Shown here: positions 50,601 to 58,250 of the stretch, one piece after another
Layout: each line of letters opens with the position of its first letter
How positions within the stretch are numbered: the stretch's first letter is position 1
Assembly: GCA_019058295.1 (NCBI GenBank)
Contig: JAHPZI010000015.1
Span: 1 to 64,000 of the forward strand
Source of the DNA: Promethearchaeota archaeon
GTDB taxonomy: Archaea; Asgardarchaeota; Lokiarchaeia; Sigyniarchaeales; SOKP01
Length of the DNA stretch: 64,000 nt
Reading direction: 5' to 3'
Made by a program: the position numbers and the translations under genes
The notes under the pieces: generated by a model
The model's input: only the letters and a program-made list of their open reading frames with translations
Told to the model about the DNA's origin: nothing
The model's database searches: none

Positions 50601-50629
50601 AATAATTGAATATCATGTAAATATATCAT
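44693..50629 (-). CDS. Membrane-anchored C25 (gingipain-family) cysteine protease with Ig-like repeats, NIDO-like and MAM/adhesin-like domains, TM and cytoplasmic zinc ribbon
   Basis: Propeptide G.P.LP; YVIIT, YILLGGD, SDLYY, VGRAP, NHLGHA (His), SQGC (Cys), NLFGDP. Start is probably ATG at 50575. Confidence 0.88.
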   Translation of the reverse strand: MIYLHDIQLFLNKKAKISMNISNSKVLRVLIISSLFIVVSLNTNFIIPQVPTNEDDHNTENQLDENIILESEQYNSNMGEIGQKESEIENAWITKNQGKKSLDGDKIEIKLSLSDVKVEDIQYPNGDIYKRVYMDDCENIGQVGYPKLPIKTLKLLLPYGKDLNEVSVISGQEHILEGNYKIEPAQAQIRIGIDTIPEFTIDEVIYQSRHPHPDKPYSIVGVYELKGYRILILNIYPVKYIPYSGKIIYFKDFIVQVNLVENMNCNSLFKGREGDEKHVLETVDNPELVDTYISNKNLENSPISPLSLPPASYDYVIITNEALKNSNEAFTFQDLADYKESLGITTNITTVEYIYANYLGDDNQEKIRNFIIDAYNDWGTQYILLGGDGDGANLGGESESPIVPSRGLYATAYGDVDSNIPSDLYYAGLDGTWNDDEDGYWGEPGEEDLYAEVYVGRAPVDSEEEVANFVRKTLIHEMINDPYLSKALMAGEDLYWPVWGSDYKDEIKDGSNTNGYSTSGFNGTDFTVDTIYDRDIDPDRWDKYDIIDLIEQGYHIINHLGHAANDYVLKMYNDDVDNLKNDKYFFGYSQGCYDGAFDNRDPYMMYNDYDCIVEHLVNMENGSFAFIGNSRYGWGDPYGTDGASQYYDRQFFDAIFKENIIQIGPANQDSKEDNINYISQEAMRWCYYQINLFGDPTATLMAQPNFFEPKLTSESVSPTSGDQTTLLTFNVEYTDADDNPPAYINVLINETSYPMEKQDSDDNNYMDGCFYEFQTYLQPGDYNYYFKSSDGKYINFTKTHTDLTVSKGTNSLAPDLSNGKVNPNRGVNGTTLFEYTVLYSDVENFAPKYVNVTINSDIFPMNKQDYTDNNYTDGCLYIYSTLLDDPGVYSYSFTCSDGDFLGSDGPYIGPHVTSFHQYMMLIDFPYNWIDASGGTELFLSDDGYSAQTLPFEFEFYKHNFSTIYVGSNGYLSFADSSPDEYIPPPIPSADPSTHFLIAPHWADLDPEWGSGEIYVQSFEDFWVVSWVDMDHYYGERVGTFQVVLFESGEIIFNYDYISYIDSYYGYTCGLNLGVDTRFYNNYQGLTDTTDDFSIYFTCFENNYEPQLTDVDLDPTSGDQMTEFTFKVNYSDQDNNFPFYVNLIINDTVYPMQKQNQFDDDYTDGCIYQFSTYLQPGSYEYSFNCTDYLYSNYTKKYTDLTVLEKSNDNPPLLSNGEVNPNNGYKGLTVFRYSVIYTDADNNAPKDINVTINSVTYPMVKLDYMDNNYMDGCIYIYDIIFNEIGTFSYIFNCFDGKSTDIDGPYSGPTVEKMIGIFDGLYINHLFSIWGQPDVPSSFRYSHESGEIYNVEWEKDFYGKSYWDIDKQTRIIEDCYGSLAFVDGSHTPAWIHTDVELNDIIPITVDGIGDHDFQITSELLYNLPGVGPVEVWVLEDLETPGIAWYEKSTGILLDGTFYWEDIMGYLNDYTFTFVDSNIEFDIIINDYAPKLTDEFLSPSSGFQTTEFAFSVLYTDQDNNRPYGINVVINGTAFPMEKQNLLDDDYTDGCMYQSLIYLQPGIYEYFFYCFDGLFTNTTKLIIGPSVFDGGNINAPVLTSGNVDPDIGYLNFTYFEFSVIYTDADNNLAEYVTLTINHMIFLMIKQDPLDNNYMDGCLYIYSITLPEVGTYSYSFACSDTERSSSLGPLLGPKVIGPDILFEDNFENDLSKWDLISGLWHLTDTGSLWPYPCHSPTHSMWFGDEETGNYDTGNAVYGEIRSIPFNISGYEYVFLDFYHWRETDQFSDTSYLYIYSFETGYYYMRYFNWSNIDPWENLVIDISDLIDMGLIQLMFYFETWDEYDNDYRGWLIDDIRVLGYKVSLTDTGSDRTPSGGGGGGGGGGDDDGDDMDMVSLIMISAVLIGAGVAGTFIIIKIVKKKGKLPERDITSPTLPPTLHTYPSETQSTQTLSKPIQSPHFCTICGADLKLCKNFCTRCGAKIIK

Positions 50630-50875
50630 AAGATCTTTTTATATCTTTGTAAAAAATATTGATGGCAATAGGTACTGATTAATACAGTGGAAAAAATCCA
50701 TAAAGCAGGTATAGAATATCCTTTACCATACCAAATTTCAACACCAGAGTTCTTTGTTAAATTAAAAAATCAATTAGATAAGGCTAAAAAAGATTGAATA
50801 ATTAGTGTTGTTTCCTTTTTTTAACATTTTATAAAATAACTCAAGATAAACCTTATAAAACGCTGATCAACGAAA

Positions 50876-51241
50876 TCAATCGTTAAAATCGCCCAAATCT
50901 CTAAAATGTGAAATGTCGCCAGCTAAGGCTTTATTACAAATGTCAATAATCTTTTCGACAATATTATCCAAAACATTCCAAACTTTTATATAATTATCTT
51001 TATCCTGAAATTTCAAATCAATTTTTTGAGATTCATCGTCAATATAGATTTCCATGGCAATATCTTCATTTAATCCACCAAACATCCTTAACATATCTTT
51101 AAATTCAATTTCAGATGCGAAAGTACCTTTTAACTTTTCGTCACTTTTTACGATTATGCTAATTACCATATCTTTCTCATTTGCTTTAATTCGTACTTTA
51201 TCTTCAAATAATGCTTTTGCGTCTGCCACAAATTTTTCCAT
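50876..51241 (-). CDS. Hypothetical protein
   Basis: 121-aa ORF in its own intergenic slot; no recognised motif. Confidence 0.65.
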   Translation of the reverse strand: MEKFVADAKALFEDKVRIKANEKDMVISIIVKSDEKLKGTFASEIEFKDMLRMFGGLNEDIAMEIYIDDESQKIDLKFQDKDNYIKVWNVLDNIVEKIIDICNKALAGDISHFRDLGDFND

Positions 51242-51290
51242 TTTTATCTACTCATGATATATTTTTTTTTATTGTTTTTTACTATTTTCA

Positions 51291-53126
51291 TTATTTATTT
51301 TTCCTAGGAATAACAGGAAGGTCTATATACGATGCATGAGACTCATTTCGAGATATTGTGATCGTTGGCTTACCTTCACCTTCATCGGGATATTGTTTGA
51401 AGGTATCTTTATCTGCTCCAGCAATAGCGATTCTTAATCTATTACCTTTTGGAATAAGAGCAGAGGTTGCACGAGTTCCAAATTTCACTTCCATTATTTC
51501 GCCGGGTACGACTGGTAGGGAGTCTTTTTTCTTAAAAGAGTGATAAGGGATCAAAGTCTTGTAGGGAGGTTGCTCTGACGATATTTTTCGATGAATTAAA
51601 CGTAAATTTCCATCGGTAATAAAAAATACGTTTCCACTTTCATCCACGGTCTCTAAATATGCATGAATCGCTCCATCTTCGTGTGTGGAAGATAAGAATA
51701 ATGCTATAATAGGATGTCCCGTGATCTCCATATTTTCCTTAAGTGGAGGACTTGTATAAGTTAATAATTTCTTATCTGCTTTAGTTCTATTTGAATAATC
51801 TATTGGTAACCCTAGCAGGGTCCACCACCTATTGAATCTACCTGTTGTTGCTCTAAAATTAACCTTGTAATTATCTTCCCCTATTTTTTCTTCAGGTTTG
51901 GATGTTGATAAGGAGTTATTTTCTGTTAAATACCATCTTTGCCTTTTCTGCCCATTGGGGGGCCAAATTTGTGTCTTTTTCCACTTTTCTTCTCCCATTG
52001 TATAGTAATAAAGTGTTTTACCTTTAATTCCTTCACCATATAAAATTTTATTAAAATAATCAATCCATTTAGTAATGCGTTCTTCAGGGGTGGGAGACAC
52101 TTCAACTTTACTTGGATTTAATGAATTGCCAATGTACATTCCTCCATGATTCCAGTCACCAATTATACATATTTGAGGATTTTCCAAGTTAATGAAGCGA
52201 TTAATAGCAGCATCAATATACCCAGAATCCAGCCATGAAATCCAACTTATAATAGGTATATTTGATTTTTCAAGCTCTTTTTTATAATGGAAAATGGAAA
52301 AATCATCTATTTTTGTTCCATCAGGGAGAATCTCATCCCTAAAATCTCTATCCTTAGTATGGTCGGATACATATTCATTGGTTGAATGCTGTTTTACAGC
52401 TTCATTTAGTTGACTTAGAGCATTATCATTATCTACTGGTTTAACGCCTTTCATGATAAGCCATAAGATCGGCATTAATTGTTTAAATGGTTTTGCATTA
52501 TTGTTATCAAGTTGTTTTCCGAGAAAAGACCAAATTTGCATGAATGCTGAATCATAACAACCTCCAGGAAAAGCAACATCGGTATATGGATCCCAAAAAC
52601 CATGTCCTGGCATAACAGCCTTCACAGCAGGATGATTATTCACTCCAAGCAATTCTGCTGTTGTTCCTGGATAGGAAATACCGTTAGACACTATATTCCC
52701 GTCTGACCACGGTTGACTAATGATCCAATCGGCAATATCTGCTCCATCTTTAATTTCTTCTTTAGAAAAGGGGAAAGATCTGGTCCCATAAGATGCACCA
52801 CAACCTCTCACATCGATGTAGACTATTGCGTAACCATGATTTGTAAATATTCTAGGAGTGGGTAAATTTATTAAAGTTTCTTTAAATATCCATCTAAAAG
52901 GTATACGAAGCTCAGCCGCCCTCCAATAACGTGTTTGATATAATAATGTAGGTATTTTCTTTCCAGCAGATAATCCTTTTGGAATACAGATCGTAGAGGC
53001 AATCTTCACTCCATCACGCATCTTAATGTATTTTGAACTAACTGTATAATCCTCATAATGAATTTTAAGAGTGGCTTCATCTAATACCTTAAAAGGATTA
53101 TTTTCTGAATTATGAATAGCAACCAT
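51291..53126 (-). CDS. CocE/NonD (peptidase S15) family serine hydrolase
   Basis: MRDGVKI, TRY, DVRG.G.S.G, QPWSDG, GISYPG, IGDWNH, RLRIAI. Confidence 0.9.
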   Translation of the reverse strand: MVAIHNSENNPFKVLDEATLKIHYEDYTVSSKYIKMRDGVKIASTICIPKGLSAGKKIPTLLYQTRYWRAAELRIPFRWIFKETLINLPTPRIFTNHGYAIVYIDVRGCGASYGTRSFPFSKEEIKDGADIADWIISQPWSDGNIVSNGISYPGTTAELLGVNNHPAVKAVMPGHGFWDPYTDVAFPGGCYDSAFMQIWSFLGKQLDNNNAKPFKQLMPILWLIMKGVKPVDNDNALSQLNEAVKQHSTNEYVSDHTKDRDFRDEILPDGTKIDDFSIFHYKKELEKSNIPIISWISWLDSGYIDAAINRFINLENPQICIIGDWNHGGMYIGNSLNPSKVEVSPTPEERITKWIDYFNKILYGEGIKGKTLYYYTMGEEKWKKTQIWPPNGQKRQRWYLTENNSLSTSKPEEKIGEDNYKVNFRATTGRFNRWWTLLGLPIDYSNRTKADKKLLTYTSPPLKENMEITGHPIIALFLSSTHEDGAIHAYLETVDESGNVFFITDGNLRLIHRKISSEQPPYKTLIPYHSFKKKDSLPVVPGEIMEVKFGTRATSALIPKGNRLRIAIAGADKDTFKQYPDEGEGKPTITISRNESHASYIDLPVIPRKNK

Positions 53127-53248
53127 CTTTTTTTCATTTCTTTTTAAATTAATTATTATATGTGTAAAAGTTATTTATATAGTTATAATCTTAATATGCT
53201 CTTTTAAAAAAAAATCTTTTTTAGCAATAAAGGTATTTTAAAATTACT

Positions 53249-55702
53249 ATGGTAAGTGAAAAACTACTTTATTTAGATTCTAGTCAACCTATTGAAAAAA
53301 GAGTTGATGATCTAATTTCAAGAATGACAATAGAAGAAAAAGTTGCTCAACTCGGATCTCAATATGCTCCATCATTAATGGAACGGACTGAACTATCTCA
53401 TGATAAATTGAATAGATTAATGGGTAAAGGAATTGGCCAAATCACTAGAATTGGTGGCACTATGAATATAACCCCGGAAGAATCTGTTAAAATCGCAAAT
53501 GGTATCCAAAAATTTTTAAAGGAGCAGACTCGCTTAGGAATTCCTGCTATTGTTCACGAAGAGTGTTTATGTGGGTATACAGCCAAAAATGCCACTGTAT
53601 TCCCTCAAATTATTGGTGTGGCATCGACATGGGAACCAGAATTAGTAGAAGCTATGACAAGAAAAATCGGAGAACAGATGCGTGTCGTTGGTGCTCATCA
53701 AGGATTATCTCCTGTTCTTGATATTGCGCGCGATCCTAGATGGGGTCGCACAGAAGAAACATTTGGGGAAGATCCTTATCTTGTATCGCGGATGGGGGCA
53801 GCTTATGTAAAAGGTCTACAAGGAGTTTCTCTTCAAGCGGGTATAATTGCTACCGGTAAACATTTTTTAGGTTATGGATATCCTCAAGGGGGCAGAAATT
53901 GGGGTCCATCGTTTATCCCTAAAAGAGAATTACATGAAGTATTCGCAAAACCATTTGAAGCTGCAATCCACGAATCTAATATAGGTTCAATTATGAACTC
54001 TTATTCCGAAATTGATGGAATTCCTTGTGGAATTTCTCGTGAAATTCTGACCAATTTATTACGCAACAAACTTGGTTTTAAAGGTATGGTTGTTTCGGAT
54101 TACGTTACAATTGAATTAAACTGTAAAATGCATCGAGTCGCTAAGAATACTACAGAGGCAGCTATCCTTGCGTTTAATGCAGGTCTTGAAGTAGAGCTTC
54201 CAAGAACTGCTGGATTCGGGAGATCATTTGCCAAGGCTGTTAAAAAGGGAAAGGTTAGCGAAGAAGCGTTGAATCAATCAGTTGCCCGTATATTAAAGAA
54301 AAAATTTGAACTTGGATTATTCGATAATCCATATGTTGACGATGATCAGAAAATACTCGCTAATGTCTTTAAGAATCCAGAGAATAAGATTTTAGCAAGC
54401 GAAATTGCTCGTAAATCCATAATATTATTAAAAAATGATGATAATCTTTTACCTCTTAACAAGGACTTAAAATCAATTGCTGTTATTGGTCCTAATGCTA
54501 ATAGTGTTCGTAATTTACTAGGCGATTATACATATGTAAGTCAATTCGAAGCCACTGCGAGTAATGCTACAGGCGTAAGTGAGCTTGACGAGGAACAAGA
54601 TGCTCTATTAAAACAATTATTTGATGATGAAGATCCGGACGCATTCACGAGGAATTCCTACGACATTAAAAGTATTTTAGAAGCAATAAAAGAAAAGGTT
54701 TCAAAAAACACGGAAGTCAATTACGCTAAAGGTTGCGAAATTCAAAGCGATGATAAAAATGGGTTTAAAGAGGCAATTGAATTGTCAAAAAAATCGGAAG
54801 TTGTGATTCTAGTAGTAGGGGAAAAAGCTGGATTGACAAGAGAATGTACGAGTGGAGAATCTCGCGATCGTTCTTCATTAACTTTGCCTGGCGTACAAGA
54901 AGAATTGGTTCGGGAGATTTATGCAACAGGCACTTCAATCGTCTTGATTTTAATAAATGGACGGCCTCTCTCAATATCTTGGGAAAAAGAAAACATTCCC
55001 GCCATATTAGAAGCATGGTTACCTGGTGAAGAAGGTGGTGCTGCAGTTGCCGATGTTTTGTTTGGGGATTACAATCCTGGAGGAAAATTACCAATCTCTG
55101 TTCCTCGAAGTGTAGGGCAAATTCCAATTTATCATAACTGTAAACCTACTGGAGGAATTTCGGTATGGGCATGGAACTATGTAGAAGAAAACACTACACC
55201 TTTATTTCCCTTTGGATATGGCCTAAGTTATACTCAATTTGAATATGATAATTTGGTAATAAATAAGCAAAATGTCGACTCAAAAGGTACGGTGGAAATT
55301 TCTGTTGATGTTAAGAATGTTGGTAAAGTTCGCGGGGATGAAGTGGTACAATTATATTTACACGATAATGAAGCAACAGTTACGCGTCCTCTAGAAGAAT
55401 TATTCGGATTTAAACGGGTAACCTTAGATCCTGAAGAAAAAGCTACAGTTATTTTCACAGTTTCAATGAAACAACTTGGATTTTATAACGAAAATATGGA
55501 ATATATTGTAGAACCCGGGAATGTTAGCGTTTACATAGGGAGCATATTTGGGGATTTTGGACCTGAACTCTTGGAAATGAAGGATCTTTTTGCTCAGAAA
55601 GATGTGAAACTGAAAGGTAAATTTAAAATTATAGGGGAAACTATAGATTTGAGTAAAGATAAGGAATTCTTTTCTAAAATTGTTGTAAAAAAAAAGGAAT
55701 AA
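53249..55702 (+). CDS. GH3 beta-glucosidase/beta-xylosidase (no signal peptide)
   Basis: RLGIP..HEE, RDPRWGR.EETFGED, KHF, VVSDY nucleophile, FPFGYGLSY, Fn3-like C-terminus. Confidence 0.93.
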   Translation: MVSEKLLYLDSSQPIEKRVDDLISRMTIEEKVAQLGSQYAPSLMERTELSHDKLNRLMGKGIGQITRIGGTMNITPEESVKIANGIQKFLKEQTRLGIPAIVHEECLCGYTAKNATVFPQIIGVASTWEPELVEAMTRKIGEQMRVVGAHQGLSPVLDIARDPRWGRTEETFGEDPYLVSRMGAAYVKGLQGVSLQAGIIATGKHFLGYGYPQGGRNWGPSFIPKRELHEVFAKPFEAAIHESNIGSIMNSYSEIDGIPCGISREILTNLLRNKLGFKGMVVSDYVTIELNCKMHRVAKNTTEAAILAFNAGLEVELPRTAGFGRSFAKAVKKGKVSEEALNQSVARILKKKFELGLFDNPYVDDDQKILANVFKNPENKILASEIARKSIILLKNDDNLLPLNKDLKSIAVIGPNANSVRNLLGDYTYVSQFEATASNATGVSELDEEQDALLKQLFDDEDPDAFTRNSYDIKSILEAIKEKVSKNTEVNYAKGCEIQSDDKNGFKEAIELSKKSEVVILVVGEKAGLTRECTSGESRDRSSLTLPGVQEELVREIYATGTSIVLILINGRPLSISWEKENIPAILEAWLPGEEGGAAVADVLFGDYNPGGKLPISVPRSVGQIPIYHNCKPTGGISVWAWNYVEENTTPLFPFGYGLSYTQFEYDNLVINKQNVDSKGTVEISVDVKNVGKVRGDEVVQLYLHDNEATVTRPLEELFGFKRVTLDPEEKATVIFTVSMKQLGFYNENMEYIVEPGNVSVYIGSIFGDFGPELLEMKDLFAQKDVKLKGKFKIIGETIDLSKDKEFFSKIVVKKKE

Positions 55703-55723
55703 AGAATTTTGTTAATTCTTATT

Positions 55724-56791
55724 TTATTTTATGTTACTATATACTGATTTTAATCTTTTTTCTGCTTCATTGACAATAGAACTAATTATATCTGATACAT
55801 TTTCTATGCTATTTATAATTCCAATACTTTGACCTAATAGCACTGCTCCGTCTTCTGTATTTCCTTCGTAAATTAATCGATATGCCTTAGATTCTTTTAA
55901 AAACTCCTCAATCGTCGTTTTCTTTTCCATAGCCATCTTTTCTTCTTTAGACCCTACTTTAGGATGAGTTGCAGCATATGGATTTTTCCATAACCTTATG
56001 GGTCCAAAAGCTCCAGTGGCTAATATCGTATCTTGAGCTTTTGCTGGAGGGACTATCTCTTTGTATGTTTGATGAAATTCGCTTTCAACTGAGGCGATAA
56101 ATCTAGAACCCATCGCAACAGCGCCTGCACCCATAGATAAAGCGGCAGCTAATCCTTGACCCGTAGCAAAGCCTCCACATGCTACAATAGGAAGATCTGG
56201 ATATTTCTGGATAACTTGTTGCAACAAGACCAAAGTACTTACTTCTTCATAGGACTGATGACCCCCACCTTCTGTTCCGGTTACAACGACTCCATCAACT
56301 CCAGTATCTGCACATTTTCCTGCCAGCCATAAAGCGGGAGCGACATGAAAATGCTTTATGTTTGAACCACTTTCTTTTAATTTTTGGAAAGATTTTGTTT
56401 GTGGTAAGACCCTGGAGGATCCGGCACTGGTAATTGCGTATACACATTGTTCTTTAAGTTTTGGATTTTCCATGATAAATTTTGGAATTTCTTTACATAA
56501 CAATGGTGCATCTATTTGTACTCGAGATGTTCTAATATTAAATCCAAAGGGTTTATCCGTGTGTTCTACTACGTACTCCATGTCTCTTTTCATAACTTTT
56601 AAGGTCCTCTCTCTATCTTGCATACTTTCTTTTATAGACTTTTCAAAATCAGAAGCATGACTAATAACACCCAAACCTCCAGCCTCGGAAACCGCTACTG
56701 TTAAATGAGTCGTATTGAAAGGTCCCATAGGTGCAGCAATAATTGGATGTTTAATCCCTAACATTTTGGTTATATTTGTTTCAATTACCAT
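55724..56791 (-). CDS. Nitronate monooxygenase / FabK-like FMN oxidoreductase
   Basis: HPII.APM, AVSEAGGLG, G.EGGGH, GGF..G.G, MGSRF. Confidence 0.88.
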   Translation of the reverse strand: MVIETNITKMLGIKHPIIAAPMGPFNTTHLTVAVSEAGGLGVISHASDFEKSIKESMQDRERTLKVMKRDMEYVVEHTDKPFGFNIRTSRVQIDAPLLCKEIPKFIMENPKLKEQCVYAITSAGSSRVLPQTKSFQKLKESGSNIKHFHVAPALWLAGKCADTGVDGVVVTGTEGGGHQSYEEVSTLVLLQQVIQKYPDLPIVACGGFATGQGLAAALSMGAGAVAMGSRFIASVESEFHQTYKEIVPPAKAQDTILATGAFGPIRLWKNPYAATHPKVGSKEEKMAMEKKTTIEEFLKESKAYRLIYEGNTEDGAVLLGQSIGIINSIENVSDIISSIVNEAEKRLKSVYSNIK

Positions 56792-56989
56792 ACTTTATTT
56801 GCCTCTCTTGATTAATATTTCAAAATTAAATTAATTAAAAATAAAAATCATAATTAAATAAATTATTTGTTTAGATATTGATTATTTTATAGCTTAGTTT
56901 TATTTAACTTATTTTGTCCAAATATTTTTTAGTAATTTATTATAATTTGTTATTAGCTAAATTTTTAAATTGAATTAATATGAAAAACT

Positions 56990-58132
56990 ATGGGTAAAAT
57001 TATGTATTCTAAGCCAAAGAAAATAGGTAATTTAGAAATTAAAAATAGATTTGTTAGATCAGCAACATTTGAGGGTATGGCTACTGAAGAAGGTAATGTA
57101 ACAGAAAAACTTATAAATCTTTATAAAGAGTTAGCGGAAGGGGGAGTTGGATTAATAATTACTGGTTATTCATACGTTCAAAAAAGTGGAAAAGCATTTG
57201 ATAACCAAACGGGGGTCGATGATGATGATTTAATACCAGGGCTAAGTAAAATTGCGAATATTGTCCATGAAAATAGTCAAGATTGTAAAATTGCTTTACA
57301 AATAGCGCATAGTGGTCGTCAATCCCGTCATTTAGAAAACACTTTAGCACCTTCTGCTGTTTTGGATAAATTGACAAGAAAAGTGCCAAAAGAAATGACA
57401 ATTGAAGAAATAAGAGAAACTATTGAAGCTTTTGCTCAAGCAGTAAGGAGAGGAAAAGAAGCAGGATTTGACGCAGTCCAATTTCATGGTGCACATGGAT
57501 ATCTGATTAGTGAGTTTTTATCACCCTATACAAATAACAGAATAGATGAGTATGGTGGGAGTACTGAAAAAAGAATAAAGTTTGTTGAAGAAATTTATAA
57601 GAGCAGTGTAGAATTAGTGGGAAAAGATTTTCCGATTTTAATCAAAATGAATGGTGTGGACTTTTTAGAAAATGGACTTACATTAGAGGAGTCTAAGCAA
57701 ATAGCAGAAAGATTTTCAAAAATGGGTTTTGCTGCTATTGAAGTTAGCGGTGGTATGTGGGAAGTATGTAAACGAAGTAAAAAAGAACTTGGTTGGAAGC
57801 CTACTTTTTTACCTGAAAGCCGAATGTTTGTGGGAACTAAAAATGAAGCTGCCTACAACTTACCTTTTGCTAAAGAAATTAAAAAGGTAATAGATATCCC
57901 ATTAATAGTAGTTGGTGGGATCAATTCACTCGACTTAGTTGAACAAATTTTAACTGAAGGAAGTGCGGATTTTGTTTCTTTATGCAGACCCTTGATTCGA
58001 GAACCTGACTTACCAAATAGATGGCTAAAAGGAATTGGGGAATCTAAAGTTGATTGTATTTATTGTAATAGTTGCCTGTCAAGTTTAGTTACTACAGGGT
58101 TGCGATGTGTTAAAAAAGAACCCTCTGAATAA
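56990..58132 (+). CDS. Old yellow enzyme-family NADH:flavin oxidoreductase with C-terminal Cys cluster
   Basis: KNRFVRSAT, QIAHSG, HGAHGYLISEFLSP, DEYGGS, CIYCNSC..C. Confidence 0.92.
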   Translation: MGKIMYSKPKKIGNLEIKNRFVRSATFEGMATEEGNVTEKLINLYKELAEGGVGLIITGYSYVQKSGKAFDNQTGVDDDDLIPGLSKIANIVHENSQDCKIALQIAHSGRQSRHLENTLAPSAVLDKLTRKVPKEMTIEEIRETIEAFAQAVRRGKEAGFDAVQFHGAHGYLISEFLSPYTNNRIDEYGGSTEKRIKFVEEIYKSSVELVGKDFPILIKMNGVDFLENGLTLEESKQIAERFSKMGFAAIEVSGGMWEVCKRSKKELGWKPTFLPESRMFVGTKNEAAYNLPFAKEIKKVIDIPLIVVGGINSLDLVEQILTEGSADFVSLCRPLIREPDLPNRWLKGIGESKVDCIYCNSCLSSLVTTGLRCVKKEPSE

Positions 58133-58250
58133 CTAAAATTAATAAAATTGTTTTTTTCTTATAACAAATCATAAGTGAGTAAGAAAAAATAGAATTTTTA
58201 AGCTTCAATCTTTTAAAAATATAATAACGCTTAAAAGTGAAATATCAGCT

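Noticed and set aside
50687-50797. 36-codon GTG ORF (VEKIHKAGIEYPLPY...) in an intergenic gap
   Set aside because: Too short and without a recognisable motif; at most a gene remnant.
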